Positions 14,180 through 26,949 of a stretch of DNA of 64,000 bases are shown piece after piece; positions within the stretch are counted from its first letter, which is position 1; every line of letters begins with the position of its first letter. A model generated the notes under the pieces. That model made no database searches. It saw only the letters and a program-made list of their open reading frames with translations, and had not been told where the DNA came from. The stretch is taken from the NCBI RefSeq assembly GCF_009914755.1, contig NC_060932.1, one strand, 5' to 3'. This stretch comes from the human T2T-CHM13v2.0 reference genome, Homo sapiens. Position numbers and translations under genes: made by a program.

Positions 14180-14990
14180 CAAACCATATGCATTTATCTG
14201 AAACTTTTCTTTTCCGACTTAGCATTATAACAGGAAGGTCTTTCCATGTCAATAAATGTACATTTTGTCTAAAATAATGAATTTAATGGATGTAGACTAC
14301 TATATGTATACATGTAACCTAGAGAATTCAACCAGTTCTCTTTTATTTTACTCTTTAAATGGATTCCATTTTCAATGCTGTTTTAAACAATGTTTCAGTG
14401 AATATCTTTGTAACAAGGTCTTTTCACACGAGCTTAATTATGTTCCTAGCTTAATGTTTTGAAGTAGAATTGCTAAGGCAAACAATAGAGCAGTTCAAAA
14501 GTGTTTATTTTTCAGCTTTATTGAGATATAATTGCCACATAAAAATTGTATATATTCAAAATGTACAATGTGATGTTTTGATATATATATACACATTGTG
14601 AAATGATTTCCAAACTCAAGCTAATTAACATATCTATTGCCTTCAAAGGTTTTCCATACATTTTATCAGATCACCAAAGTATTGCAACAATTTATACTCA
14701 CAAGGGCATGTAAAAGAGTTCCCATTACTTCCCCCAGATTAGACTATTTAAATTATTATTTAAGCATCACTAATAATTTGATAAAAGAAAGAATGCTTTC
14801 TTATAGTTTGAATTTACATCTCTTTGATTAATAGTGTAATTGAGCTCTTTGTTCATATGTTTATTGACCATTTGTATTTCTTCTGTTATCTGTTTATGTC
14901 CTCTGCTAATTTTAAAATATTTATTTTCTATGACTTCAGGTTTTATATTTAACCTCTTTTGATCTAGAATTTATTTTGTTCTGCTTAGTT
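14180..14990 (-). mobile_element. Old L1M fragments
   Basis: cagctttattgagatataattg and gtttattgaccatttgtatttcttctg are typical antisense L1M 3' segments. Confidence 0.6.
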
Positions 14991-15077
14991 TTTGTTCAAA
15001 CATGATATATTGGATAATCTTTAATATTGGATAATGCAACTGTTATATTTCTGGGTTCTTACTGTTTTAAATTTTTC

Positions 15078-15422
15078 ATATATATATATATACACACACA
15101 TATATATATAATATGTTTTTAAGTTAGAGACCCTACCTCTTTCTATATATATTCAATATATATTTAATTAATATTTAATTATATATTAAATTTATAATTA
15201 TATATAGTTATAAATTATAAATGTATAATTATATAGATAAATTATATAATTATATAATTTATATATTATATATAATATATATAAATTTATAATTATATAT
15301 AAAATTATATAATAATTTAAAAATATATTATATTTAATTATTCAATATATATTTAATCAATATATATTTAATTAATATATATTGAATATATAAATTAAAT
15401 ATATATTCTGTATATATATTTA

Positions 15423-15472
<50 letters not shown>
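15078..15472. repeat. AT-rich low-complexity/(TA)n tract ending in (CA)~23
   Basis: Directly visible; occupies the tail position of the adjacent antisense Alu. Confidence 0.95.
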
Positions 15473-15474
<2 letters not shown>

Positions 15475-15760
15475 TTAAGCTAGAGACAGGATCTCTTTCT
15501 GTTGCCCAGGCTGGAGTGTAGTGGTGCAATCATAGCTCACTGTAACCTAGAACTCCTGGGCTTAAGGGATTCCCCACCGCCAGCAGTCTCTTGAGTAGCT
15601 AGGACTGCAGGTGCATGCCACCATACCCAGCTAATTTTTTAAATTTTTCATAGGGAAAGAGTCTTGCTGTATTGCCCAGGCTGGTTTCAAACTGCTGGCT
15701 TCAAGCGATCCTTCTGCCTCAGCTTCCCACAGTTCTGGGTGGTGAGCCACCACACCCAGC
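15473..15760 (-). mobile_element. AluJ
   Basis: catagctcactgtaacc and gtcttgctgtattgcccaggctgg are AluJ diagnostics. Confidence 0.9.
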
Positions 15761-17231
15761 TTTTTCTTATATATTTTATTATTAGTAACATGTTTTGACT
15801 TATTATAAATATACTTTTATGTTTGTTAGTATAAACCCATATTTTCTTTCAACATTTTCTAATATATTCTGTGCATTTAATATTCTGTATGAATTTGAGA
15901 ACCACTATGTTAAATTTCCAGACAACAAAATTCCAGGTGAGTTTCCTTATATCAAACATTCATGTAGAGGATGGATTGCATTTGGCTGGTTATTATATTT
16001 CAGCACCTAATTTAGGGTTCTTTAAAATCTCACCCTATCTTTTTTGTGCTAGTCGATTTAGATGCTTACATAACTATCAACAACATTCTAAGTTGTTGAA
16101 CAAAGTGTTATTGGCACTTAACTGAAACATAGCCTTTGATTTTAAAAAGGGCTTTAATGTTGTTCTTTTGGTTGACTTTACTCTTACATTGATCCTACCT
16201 TTTCTGCCACATCAGATTATCCCAAATTACCAAGATTGAGTGTTTGATATTAATGTATTATACTTTCTTCCTAGTTTCAGGCAAATTCTTTGAGGTAAGT
16301 ATAACTTCAAGCAGGGCTGCACACTTTTAAAGACAAATAGTTGTATTGATTTCTTGACCATACTTTTCAGGAAGTCATGCACCCCTCCCCTCACATTTTA
16401 TGCTGTAAGTTTTACAAATATGCCCTTTAGGCAGAACATTTTCCCAGGTTTCTTCATTTACCCCCTCTATCATCTATAACCTGGCCAGTTCCCATTTATC
16501 TTCTTTGAGAAGGACCCACCCCACCACCACTCAAAACCCTAAGTCATATACTTCAGGTGCCCTTTCCATGTCCATAGCACTGCTTGCATTAATGTATTGT
16601 TTTACTTAGCAATTCCTACACTAGACCATGAGCTCTGTGAATACTGAGCAACGTCTCAATTTTTTACTATGTAGACCTCGCAATGGGCATGGTGCTTGGT
16701 ATAAAGTAAGTGACAATAAACAAGTAAGTTAATGCTGAATGACTGAGAACATGTTAATATTTTATATGAAGCCAAATATCTGATGTCAGTTAAATGCCAG
16801 CTCTTAACTCTTTTGTGTGTGTTCTATCTGTGTTCTTGTTTGCTTCTGGGGTTTGAGGAGGGCCCCAAAGTTGGGGAACCCATGGTCCCCTGACCGCTGT
16901 TAATGATGAATCTGCATATAAATAATGAGTTAAGCATCTCTGCCCCTCAGAGTGTCAGGGATGAAGCCAGAAGAGTCATTCTCTTTAGCAGTGTTCTTAT
17001 GTAGGAAGGTGCAAAACCTGAGTTTGATGAAAGAATCAAGGGTACAGAAATTTTGTAGATGTAAATAAATACATAGCATTAGCACTGACTACCCGCCTAC
17101 CTATATCTTTCCTCTCCCTAGCCATTAAGATAGTTTTATAAAACATCATTGAGTTTATTGGGGCCATATTTTCATGTTGGTATATTATAGGTGACCCTGA
17201 ATTTTGTTTGTATTTTTTCTCATTACTGTAG

Positions 17232-17384
17232 GTTTATGCATATGTTTTTGAAAACATCAAGTCTGTGCGACTGGAAGCATTGCTTTTATCCTTGCTGAGC
17301 ATTGTGGTCCTTGTTCTTGTTAAAGAGCTGAATGAACAGTTTAAAAGGAAAATTAAAGTTGTTCTTCCTGTAGATTTAGTTTTG
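17232..17384 (+). CDS. SLC26A7: SLC26A7 coding exon (probable exon 6), 153 nt, phase 0-0, [51 protein letters not shown]
   Basis: ctgtag| acceptor and TTG|gtaagt donor; in frame with the previous exon; TM helix plus KELNEQFK motif. Confidence 0.97.
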
Positions 17385-19195
17385 GTAAGTATAAAATCAA
17401 CATTTAGCTTTTTGCCATGCAAAGCTTTCCAGTTCTTGGGGAGATCTGCAGATGCTTACTATATTGTCTGTAGTAACCCTCAGCTACTCCTGTCTCTCAT
17501 TAAAGCAGGGCTAATTTGCATGGCTACACATTAATGTAAGAACAGGAAACATTTTGAGTTAATAATTTAAAAAAGAAGGCACACATGTTTTCAATTTATA
17601 AAACATTTCTCATATGCTTATAATTGTTTATATAAATAAGAGAACATATAGCTTAAGATCTTAAATAAGGAGGTACTTATAAGGGTGAGGCTCAAAATGT
17701 CTCTGGCATGATCTTCTGTAAATTAATAAAATATGGTATCATTTCCTATTTATATGGCACCTATAAGATATGTATAGAAATATTATCAATTGATAAATGT
17801 TCATTCATGATTGAAAGGTTTTGTTACTTACCTAATTTTGCTTCATTGAAAGGATGCTCATGATTTTCATTGGCCAAAGTTGGTTCTCTAAAATATTTTT
17901 TTGTTGTACCTGGAAAAGCAATACATTACATTTTGCTCCTAAGGCTTGTGGCATTAGAAAATATGTTTTGAAATTTCAAGAACCTCTAATAGGAACTCTT
18001 AACTATACAAAGCATTAAGTTGAAAATAAAATCTTAACATATAACCACAGTCTACTAATTTACTAAAAATTGGCTTTAGTCTTTCAATGATCTTTGAGTT
18101 ATACATGTATATGATAAATGTTGTCTAAATAACTTCATCTAATAAAATATTCCTTCTAATTGTTGAAATTATGTAGGTTTATGTACAATTATAAGGCTAG
18201 CACATTGCAATTGACTATTAAGGCTACGACTCATTTCTATACAACTAATAAGAAAGGCTTCTCTCCATAACTAGGCCATGTATGATCCTATACTCTTGAT
18301 AATTTGAGATTTATATAACATATGTGATTTATATAATATGTATGTGTGTATATTTCAAATAAGCCATAAAAATACAGAGTACTATGATTATTAGTTTTCA
18401 CAGCAACAACTGTGAAACATACCATCTTATCTTGAAGTCCTGTAGATATTAAGAAATACTTATTATATCTTGGGAAGCTATATCGCATGTTTCATAAAAC
18501 TAAAAATTGAAAATAGCCTTAGGGATGAAGGCTGTTGAGCTGGTAGTAAACCAGTTGCTTATTCTCTGCAAAACCAGTTACGATTATTCTTACAATAAGA
18601 TTAAAGGTATTCTTTATACGTGTTATCCCTAACATTTCTAAGACCCAAGGAAAAAGTACCAATGCAAGCCCAAATACTTACAAGTTATAGATCAAAATGT
18701 TAAATATAACAGATTCTGTTTTCTTATGTTGACAAACATCCCTTAGTGATGACTTTAAAAGCCGGGTTAGAACAGAGAATTTTCCTAGTCGTTTATGTTC
18801 TGCCAGTATGTGGCAGCGTGGGGAGACCCAGCCTCTTGCGCTGCTCCCTCTCTTCACTTTCCAGCTCTATCCCACCTGCCAGGGGATTCATATGTGTATG
18901 TGTGGACACCTCCGTCCTCACTTCCAGGCTCCAAACACATCGCCACTCCATCACCACTACGACTGTCTCTTTGCCAACTTTCTTGAGCCACCCTGGGAGG
19001 ATGGACTTCCAGAAGGTGCCCTGCAAGCAGGCAGAAGGACATTTGGGCAGGAAATGTTAGATTCTTAAGTATCCAGAGTGTGGTTCAGAAAGAAGGGTAC
19101 AGGTTTGAGTTGGGCACAAACCCCCTACTCCCACAGAGCTCCCTTCTTGTGGGGAAGTCTACAGTTGGAAGAAGCCAGATTAGAACCCTCTGAAG

Positions 19196-19531
19196 CAGGG
19201 GTCCTCAATCTCTGGGCCATGGACTGGTACCAGTTCATGGTCTGTTAGGAACCTGGCCACACAGCAGAAGGTGAGCATTATTGCCTGAGCTCTGCCTCCT
19301 GTCAGATCAGTGGCAGCATTAGATTCTCATAGGAACACGAACCCTGTTGTGAACTGCACACGTGAGAAATCTAGGTTGCGTGCTTCTTATGATAATCTAG
19401 TGCCTGATAGACTGAGGTGGAACAGCTTCATCATCCCCAAACCATCTCCCCCCTCCTCCCCCAACCCTGTTCGTGAAAAAATTGTCTTCCACAAAGCTGA
19501 TCCCCGGTGCCAAAAAGGTTGGGGACTGCTG
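19196..19531 (+). mobile_element. MER1B hAT-Charlie MITE
   Basis: caggggtcctcaa ... ttggggactgctg termini; 8-bp TSD ctctgaag (19188-19195) / ctctaaag (19532-19539). Confidence 0.88.
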
Positions 19532-21086
19532 CTCTAAAGCACTAGTCACACCTGGGGTGCAATCCCCCCCTTGCCCAGGTCTAAGGGCAGTATTGGCCTT
19601 ATACACGCATATTGAATTAATATTGAAGAAGGACCAATTACTCAACTGATAAGGAAAGTTTAATTTTGGTAAAGAAATACAGGGAGGAGGTAAAACACTG
19701 AAAGGCTAATTCAGTGAGTTAGAGCACTTAATTTTAATATTAACTGTGTATCAAATACCCTGCATACTTCCATTTTCAATAAGAATCCAGTATCTAGTAG
19801 CTATGGCATATTTTCTTTATAGCTCTCAATATTTTCTGACCTAGTATAGATGTTTCATGATGATTATGAACAATTATAATTTATTAATTGGCGTAGGAAT
19901 TTTTAAGTATGTTAATATGTCTGATTCTAACTTAATAGCCTGAATCTTTAGCTACTACTAGTTTCTTTAGAAAATGCTACTATCGTATTACAATATTTAT
20001 AAATTTTAACAATATCACCTTTATGGTTTTTGTTCCTTTTTATCTTTTTCTTTAAGTCTTCAGGTGTTTTGCTTTTTAAGCCTATTTGATGTTTTATAAA
20101 ACCTCTGCAAATTCAGCTAAATATCATCACAGAGAAGAGAACAACAGGAATAGGGGAAAAAAACCTATACAATTATATTATTGGCCATTGATTATTAGAT
20201 ATTCCTTATTTTGCTAGTTTGAATTTGTTATCCTTTTTTTCTGGCCATGTATATTGTAAATTTGTACTTTAAGTGGATAATTGATGTGCCTCTTTTACAA
20301 GATGAATTACTCCAAACTGATACCATAATCATGTGAAATTTTTAATATCTATTAAAATTATCAGAAAAATGAAAATCGATGGAAAACAGTAGAATGCAGT
20401 GGCTGGTGAACTGGGCTCTGATATGTATGTTAAAGATGATTATGGGTATAGGCAGGGAACATGTAACCTTGCTTAGCATATGTCAGTAACAGAAGGATAG
20501 GGTATCTGAAACTCCATAGGGGTCATTTTAAAAGCATTGAGCCCAGCAGGCTGTGAAGCAGCATGTTTCACTACAAGAAATAGTAAAAGCTAAAAATTTG
20601 AAAATATTCAAGGAGACTGTAAATCATCATTGATTACTAACATGGATTAGGAATATCGATGCAATATCTCAAACTCTTGAAAGGCTGCTGTCATGGAGAG
20701 AAAATGTGCTGTCTTACGAAGCATCCCTTTGTATCATGGGAGGCAAGTATTTAGGTTGGATTGTGCTGTCTTCATGCACACACACACTCCTGTATCCTGT
20801 AGTTTTTCCTCTTCAAAATTGGACATAATTGGGTTGACCACGGTAGGATATTAGAAAAGCCATATGATTGGGATGTCATCTAATTTGGAGACTTGTCAGT
20901 GCTCTCAAAACTGAGGGACTTTTTGACTTTTAATATTTTATTTATTTTTGAAAGTCTGTGCAACTGCTAGATTATTCTTGATGTTTATGGGACATGAGAA
21001 CAATGTTTACTTTTAAAAATTGTTTTAAGGTGTTTGAGAGGTCAGTAATGTATATATTTTTTCTTTTTTCAAATGGAACCACACAG

Positions 21087-21169
21087 ATTATTGCTGCATC
21101 ATTTGCTTGTTATTGCACCAATATGGAAAACACATATGGATTAGAAGTAGTTGGTCATATTCCACAAGG
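21087..21169 (+). CDS. SLC26A7: SLC26A7 coding exon (probable exon 7), 83 nt, phase 0-2, [27 protein letters not shown](G)
   Basis: acacag| acceptor and AGG|gtaatg donor; SLC26 VVGHIPxG motif. Confidence 0.96.
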
Positions 21170-22299
21170 GTAATGTAGTCCTTTTTAAAAACATATTATT
21201 TGTTTGTTTGTTTATTTTTGATGGAGAAAGGGACAGGGAGTGAGTGGGTATGGATATTTCATTTCTTAATTCTAATTAATTTCTATTACAAAATGATAGA
21301 AATACACACTTCATGTGTAGAGAAAGAGTAACTTCCTAGACTTCACCTCTTACTAAGGATGTTGATAATTGCTTTATGCAGCATTGCTTCAGGTAAAAGG
21401 TTTGGGAAATATTTGCAAATATATTATTAACAAAATAGAGGGCATTGACTTTGCAAATGAGAGTTATGATCTGGGATTTAGTCAGCCCTATCTCTTCCCC
21501 ACCACACATATTCTATGACTATTTTCATTTCACTTAAATCATAGTAAAAGTAGACAAGCATAATCTGAAATAGCAAACCCTAGGCCTGGGTAGTATATAA
21601 TAATGAGAGAGTGGAAGTGGAGAAGAAGGCATTGTTCCCTAGCTGGCCTATAGCCTTCCTCTGGCCACTAAGAAGGAGTTTAACAAAAGAGATGTTCACC
21701 CTAAAATGAGCAAAAGTTCGTACCACATATGGGCTGAAAGAAAATAAAAATATATGAGGGAAGGAGGACAGTGTCTTATGGGTTATTCACTTTGAATGGG
21801 CTGCATTACATGTACACTGATAATTGTAAATTTGGGGCAAAGTTACAATTGTTGAATCCTATAAATTTTTATCTTCCAATCCCAAATTTTTGTTTCTAAT
21901 TACATGAAAATGGAGAAACAGTAGAAAAATTCTCAGGAATTAAAAAGGGAATGTTAAAAATCCTATCTTTAGCACATATAGATATAGGCTAATGCTGATT
22001 ATATGAATCAAATTGAATTTTCTCAAAGATTCCTGCTTTTCTACCTTTGAAAGTCAGCTTATTATTCCTTTTATGCCAATTTGTTGTTATTAGTAATTAG
22101 GTTCACTCAGTCTTCATGAAACAAAGTTCTTTTACTTTGAAATGGTTTTGTGTAGCATAATAACCTGTAATGATACAAATCAATTTGTCTTAATGGTAAA
22201 CTTAAGGAGGTGGGTTAAAAAAAAAAGTCACGCCACTCCTCTATCACCTCTAATTCTCCTTTATTTTGAGTGACCTTTCCAGACCCATCCGCTAAAGGA

Positions 22300-22520
22300 A
22301 TTATAACAAGAACATGGCTTTGAACAGAAGTGGAGCTGAGATTGCATTCCAGCTCTGCCATTCACCTTGTGATGTTAAATAAATTACCTAACCTTTCTCA
22401 AAATGTTTTCTCCTCTATACAGTGGGTATAATGATGCTTGGTTTGGAGGTTGTTGGGAGAATTAAATAAAATAGCTATTATGAAAGGGCCAAGCATTCTA
22501 CTTACATACTGGGTTTTAAA
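22300..22520. mobile_element. MIR SINE
   Basis: attccagctctgcca...taaattacctaacctttct...tctcctctatacagtggg core. Confidence 0.65.
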
Positions 22521-22565
22521 AATCAACATGAATTCTCTTCCTGTTTTCTTCTACTGCCTGAGGGA

Positions 22566-22566
22566 T

Positions 22567-22604
<38 letters not shown>
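22566..22604. repeat. (TTTA)n microsatellite
   Basis: Directly visible. Confidence 0.9.
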
Positions 22605-22606
<2 letters not shown>

Positions 22607-23344
22607 TTTATTTTTTGGGTAAGTCTCCCAAAGAATCATCAGGGATGAATAAATAATGACACTTTGGCTCAAGTTGTTTTCAAAAGACAATTAGACAAGG
22701 GCTGGGTATTATTCGAGAGAAATATTTTGAACAGTTCTTTGAAATGGAAAAACAACTATGGTCCTATATTTTGAAGCAGAGGGTTAGTTAGATGGAGCCT
22801 TTATACATATTTTTCTTAATGGATGTAAGGCACAGTTAAGTGTACTGTGAAAGGATTGAGTTAAAAACATAATTAAGATAACGAACTCAATGGCAAATTT
22901 AGGGATGAACTCAAGAATTGTAGCTCACAGTAAACCAGTGTTTGCATACAGCACTGTAGTATTCAAAGGAGGAAATGTAGTCTTCAACACCAGCCAAATA
23001 AATATTTGGAAAGGTTCGAATGAAAGAATGCTCCAGATTTGCTTTTGTTCTGATACAGGAAATTTCTGTCGAGTCAGAGTTTCTGTGGTGTAATCTGAAT
23101 TCTCTGGGCGTAAATGCCAGTTAAATGCATGGAGCTGTCCCTGTGGTGTTCCTTGTAATTTTGCTATTCTGCTAAATAATGTTGGAAACGAAGGGCTTCT
23201 AAGGGCAAGGCTGCTTGGTTTTCTCATGGGTATTTCACTTAGTCTATGTAAACTTCAGAGTCATTACCACAGTTAAATTCATTGCAAGTTGTTACAGAAA
23301 TTACATGAAGTTTGATGACTTCAATATGGTCCTTCTTTCCACAG

Positions 23345-23492
23345 AATTCCCTCACCTAGAGCTCCCCCGATGAACATCCTCTCTGCGGTGATCACTGAAG
23401 CTTTCGGAGTGGCACTTGTAGGCTATGTGGCCTCACTGGCTCTTGCTCAAGGATCTGCCAAAAAATTCAAATATTCAATTGATGACAACCAG
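23345..23492 (+). CDS. SLC26A7: SLC26A7 coding exon (probable exon 8), 148 nt, phase 2-0, [49 protein letters not shown]
   Basis: ctttccacag| acceptor and CAG|gtggag donor; completes the GG+A Gly codon; ends in the SLC26 YxIDxNQ motif. Confidence 0.96.
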
Positions 23493-23929
23493 GTGGAGTG
23501 TGCCCCCAGTCCCTCTCCACTCCAGTTGTATCATTGCACTGTGCACTCCCAGATCCTAAAAATGATGAACTTATGAAAAATAAAACTTTCCTAACTGTAT
23601 AGCAAGAGTGGGTTGAACAAAAAAAAAGAAAAATATCAAAATCATTCATAGGAAGCTAAAAACCTGACATTGATTGTTCACAATGCTTTTTATTTTGGTT
23701 AAAATAGAAGGCATCATGATGTTCTTTTTGATTTGTTTTTAGGAGAGAATCCAAACAGATTTATTATTGCATGCTAATGTTTAATAATTATGGATTTCTA
23801 AGTACAAATAACATTAGTATTACTCTTAGTAAAAAAACTAAAGAATGTGAGCGTCTATTCTTAGAATACCAAGGGATGTAGATTATACTGATCATATTTC
23901 TGAAAATACTTTTGCATATGTCCTGTTTC

Positions 23930-24330
23930 TTTTTTTTTTTTTATACTTTTAAGTTTTAGGGTACATGTGCACATTGTGCAGGTTAGTTACATATGTATAC
24001 ATGTGCCATGCTGGTGCGCTACACCCACTAACTCGTCATCTAGCGTTAGGTATATCTCCCAATGCTATCCCTCCCTCCTCCCCCCACCCCACAACAGTCC
24101 CCAGAGTGTGATATTCCGCTTCCTGTGTCCATGTGATCTCATTGTTCAATTCCCACCTATGAGTGAGAATATGCGGTGTTTGGTTTTTTGTTCTTGCGAT
24201 AGTTTACTGAGAATGATGATTTCCAATTTCATCCATGTCCCTACAAAGGACATGAACTCATCATTTTTTATGGCTGCATAGTATTCCATGGTGTATATGT
24301 GCCACATTTTCTTGATCCAGTCTATCACGA
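23930..24330 (-). mobile_element. Young 5'-truncated L1 (L1PA2 or non-Ta L1HS-like), 3' ~400 bp
   Basis: Poly-T, 3'UTR and end of ORF2; perfect 18-bp TSD ttgcatatgtcctgtttc at 23912-23929 and 24331-24348; actaactcgtcatc is the GAG-type diagnostic (not ACA/ACG). Confidence 0.93.
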
Positions 24331-24859
24331 TTGCATATGTCCTGTTTCAAGTCCTGTCATGGTCCTACAGAGCTGTGCTGGTCTGCAGAGAAGTTGCAGT
24401 GCCGTGGTTTACGAATATCGAACTACCTGTGTGTAAATCTCATTCTCACACTATGTGACCTTAATCTTCTCTGTGCACCAATTTTCTCATCTTCACAAAA
24501 GTAGATTTATTCATTCCACAGATATATGTTGAACCCTAATACATAGCAGGCACTGGTCTAGGTACAAGTGATAAAATGGTGAGCAATGCAGACCATGTCT
24601 TTCTTTTACTCGAAACTTCCCAGTTGCTTCTGGTCACACTCAGAGTAAGAGCCTCTCTCATGGCTTATAAGGCTCTACATAACCTGCTAATACCCTTTTC
24701 CTCTTTGGTCTCATACCCTTTTATACTCTGTGCTAACACCACCACCTTGCTTCTTCTTGAACCCATTAGTCATGCTTCTGGCTATGGATATTTGCACTTG
24801 CTGTTCCCCTTTCTGGGAATTCTGTTCTCTCCAATACCTGCTTAGCTCCTCCATTTATT

Positions 24860-25170
24860 TGTTTATTTATTTTAATTTTTGTTTTCTAGAGACAAACCTC
24901 ACTCTGTTGGCCAGGCTGGAGTGAGTGGCATGATCATGGCTCACTGCGGCCTCAACCTCCTGGGCTCAAATCATCCTCCCGCCTTAGCCTCCCCAGTAGC
25001 TGAGACTTCAGGCATGCACCACCATGCCTGGCTACTTTTTTTTTTCATTTTTTAAACATGGGGGTCTTGCTGTGTTGCTCAGGCTGGTCTCAAACTCCCG
25101 GCTTCAAGAGATCCCCCGCCTCTGCCTCCCAAAGTGCTGGGATTGCAGGCATGAGCCACCGTGCTCAGCC
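24860..25170 (-). mobile_element. AluJ
   Basis: gatcatggctcactgcggcctcaacctcctgggctcaa; both arms present. Confidence 0.9.
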
Positions 25171-25379
25171 AGCTTCTTTATCAAATGCTCCTTTCTCAGG
25201 GAGGCCTTCTTTGGTAATCTAAAATCTTAAACTCAAGATTTGCCCATGCTTTCCTCTGTTTTGCTTTCTGTATTTATCTTGTTTATTGCCAGCATTTGCT
25301 TTCCACCACCACAGCTCTATGGGGCAGGGATATTTGTTGTGCTTACTAGAAACAGCAGATGCAAAAATACTGTTAAGGG

Positions 25380-26040
25380 GAATTTGCAATAATCCAAGTG
25401 ATATTTGATGACTTGGACCATGATGTAGTGATGGATGAGATGGAAGTATATGGATTCTGGATTGGATATGGGTGCCATTCGGGAAAAGAAGGAGCAGAAA
25501 AATCAAGAATAACCCTAAAGCTTTCAATCTAAGCAATTGGAACTTCAAATAGGGAAGAACATGGGAGAACCAGGTTGGGTGGTAGAAAGCTGTAGCCCAA
25601 TTTAGGAAGTTGGAGATATCTGTTAGCCATCCAGAGGGAGATACTGAGTAGCAGATTGGGTATACAGTCTGACATTCAGAAGAATGGTCCAAGTTGTAGA
25701 TAAAAATTTTAGAGTTGTCAATGTGTATTTGAGTAGCTTATATGTAGATAGAGAAGAGAAGCAGTCCTCCAATATTTGCAATTGGTTAGATGGGAAAGAA
25801 CCACAAAAGGCATTAAAATGTGATGGCCAGGGAGGTAGGAGGAAATCAGGGACATCCTAGAAGCCAAGTGAAGGAGACTTTAGGGAGGAAGAAATGAGCA
25901 ACTATGCCAAATGCCTCTTTTAGGCAAGGGAAGCCAAAAATGAATCATTGGTTTAGCATTGTGAAGGTCATTTGTGCAGTGATGAGAAGAAAAACCTGAC
26001 TGATGTGACCTAAAGATGGAGGAGAAATTGATGACAGAGA
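25380..26040. mobile_element. L2 fragment
   Basis: gttggagatatctgttagccatccag...gagtagcagattggg...gaagccaagtgaagg, L2-like. Confidence 0.65.
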
Positions 26041-26293
26041 GCATTAAAAAAAAATAGTATTTCCCTATAAGGTTGTTCTGAGGATTAAATGAGTAAAGTG
26101 CTTGAGAACAATTTCTTGCTCATTGTAAGCACCCAATAAATGTTAGCTATTTGTATTGTAATTGTTAAATCCCAACTGGTGGGGAGAACAAAATCTGAAT
26201 ACAAACAAGCCTCATTATGTGACAAATTGTACCTGTGGTCTCTAAAAGTCTATTGTGATTAAGATATTATATATTCTCTCATGAATCTTGCAG

Positions 26294-26407
26294 GAATTTT
26301 TGGCCCATGGCCTCAGCAATATAGTTTCTTCATTTTTCTTCTGCATACCAAGTGCTGCTGCCATGGGAAGGACGGCTGGCCTGTACAGCACAGGAGCGAA
26401 GACACAG
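26294..26407 (+). CDS. SLC26A7: SLC26A7 coding exon (probable exon 9), 114 nt, phase 0-0, [38 protein letters not shown]
   Basis: cttgcag| acceptor and CAG|gtaact donor; NQE-xxA-G-xSN and GAKTQ SulP motifs. Confidence 0.97.
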
Positions 26408-26949
26408 GTAACTGAATTGTTCCACAGGGACAAAGCACTGCTGGGCCTTCACTCCCATTCTAGGAGAGTGGGAAGAGCTAGCTTCTCTTTAAAGCCCTGA
26501 AACTATTTTCACTTATTTAATTTTTTTTCTAAGTTGTTTTAAGAAAGTCCTTCTCTCTCTCATCTCTATCCCATAAATGACACTTACGAAAGCTAAGGAT
26601 TCAACAAGGAAACTAAAAAATTCTGTACAAATTGAAGCTTTATGGTTAGCAACCTTAGAGGCCAAAGCTCCCTCTAGTGGTGCCTCTCTCTTTCTTTCTA
26701 ATCTAAATGGTCAACATGACGTTTTCCCATTTTTGTTAACTTCCTTTAAATATATAAAATCGATTATATGAAAAAGAAATCAATCTTTGACACTGAAAGT
26801 TCTATCTATAGATATGTACAAGTATATAAATGAATAATAAGATATCTGCACATATTTTAAGTTAAACAATTATATTTTTTAGGAACTCAAATCAATTTGA
26901 CATCTATTGAGGGCCTGTGATATACCAGGCATTCTGCTGGGTACTGGTA

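Noticed and set aside
25219-25692. 157-aa minus-strand ORF
   Set aside because: Overlaps an L2 fragment, has a non-ATG start and no recognisable motif.
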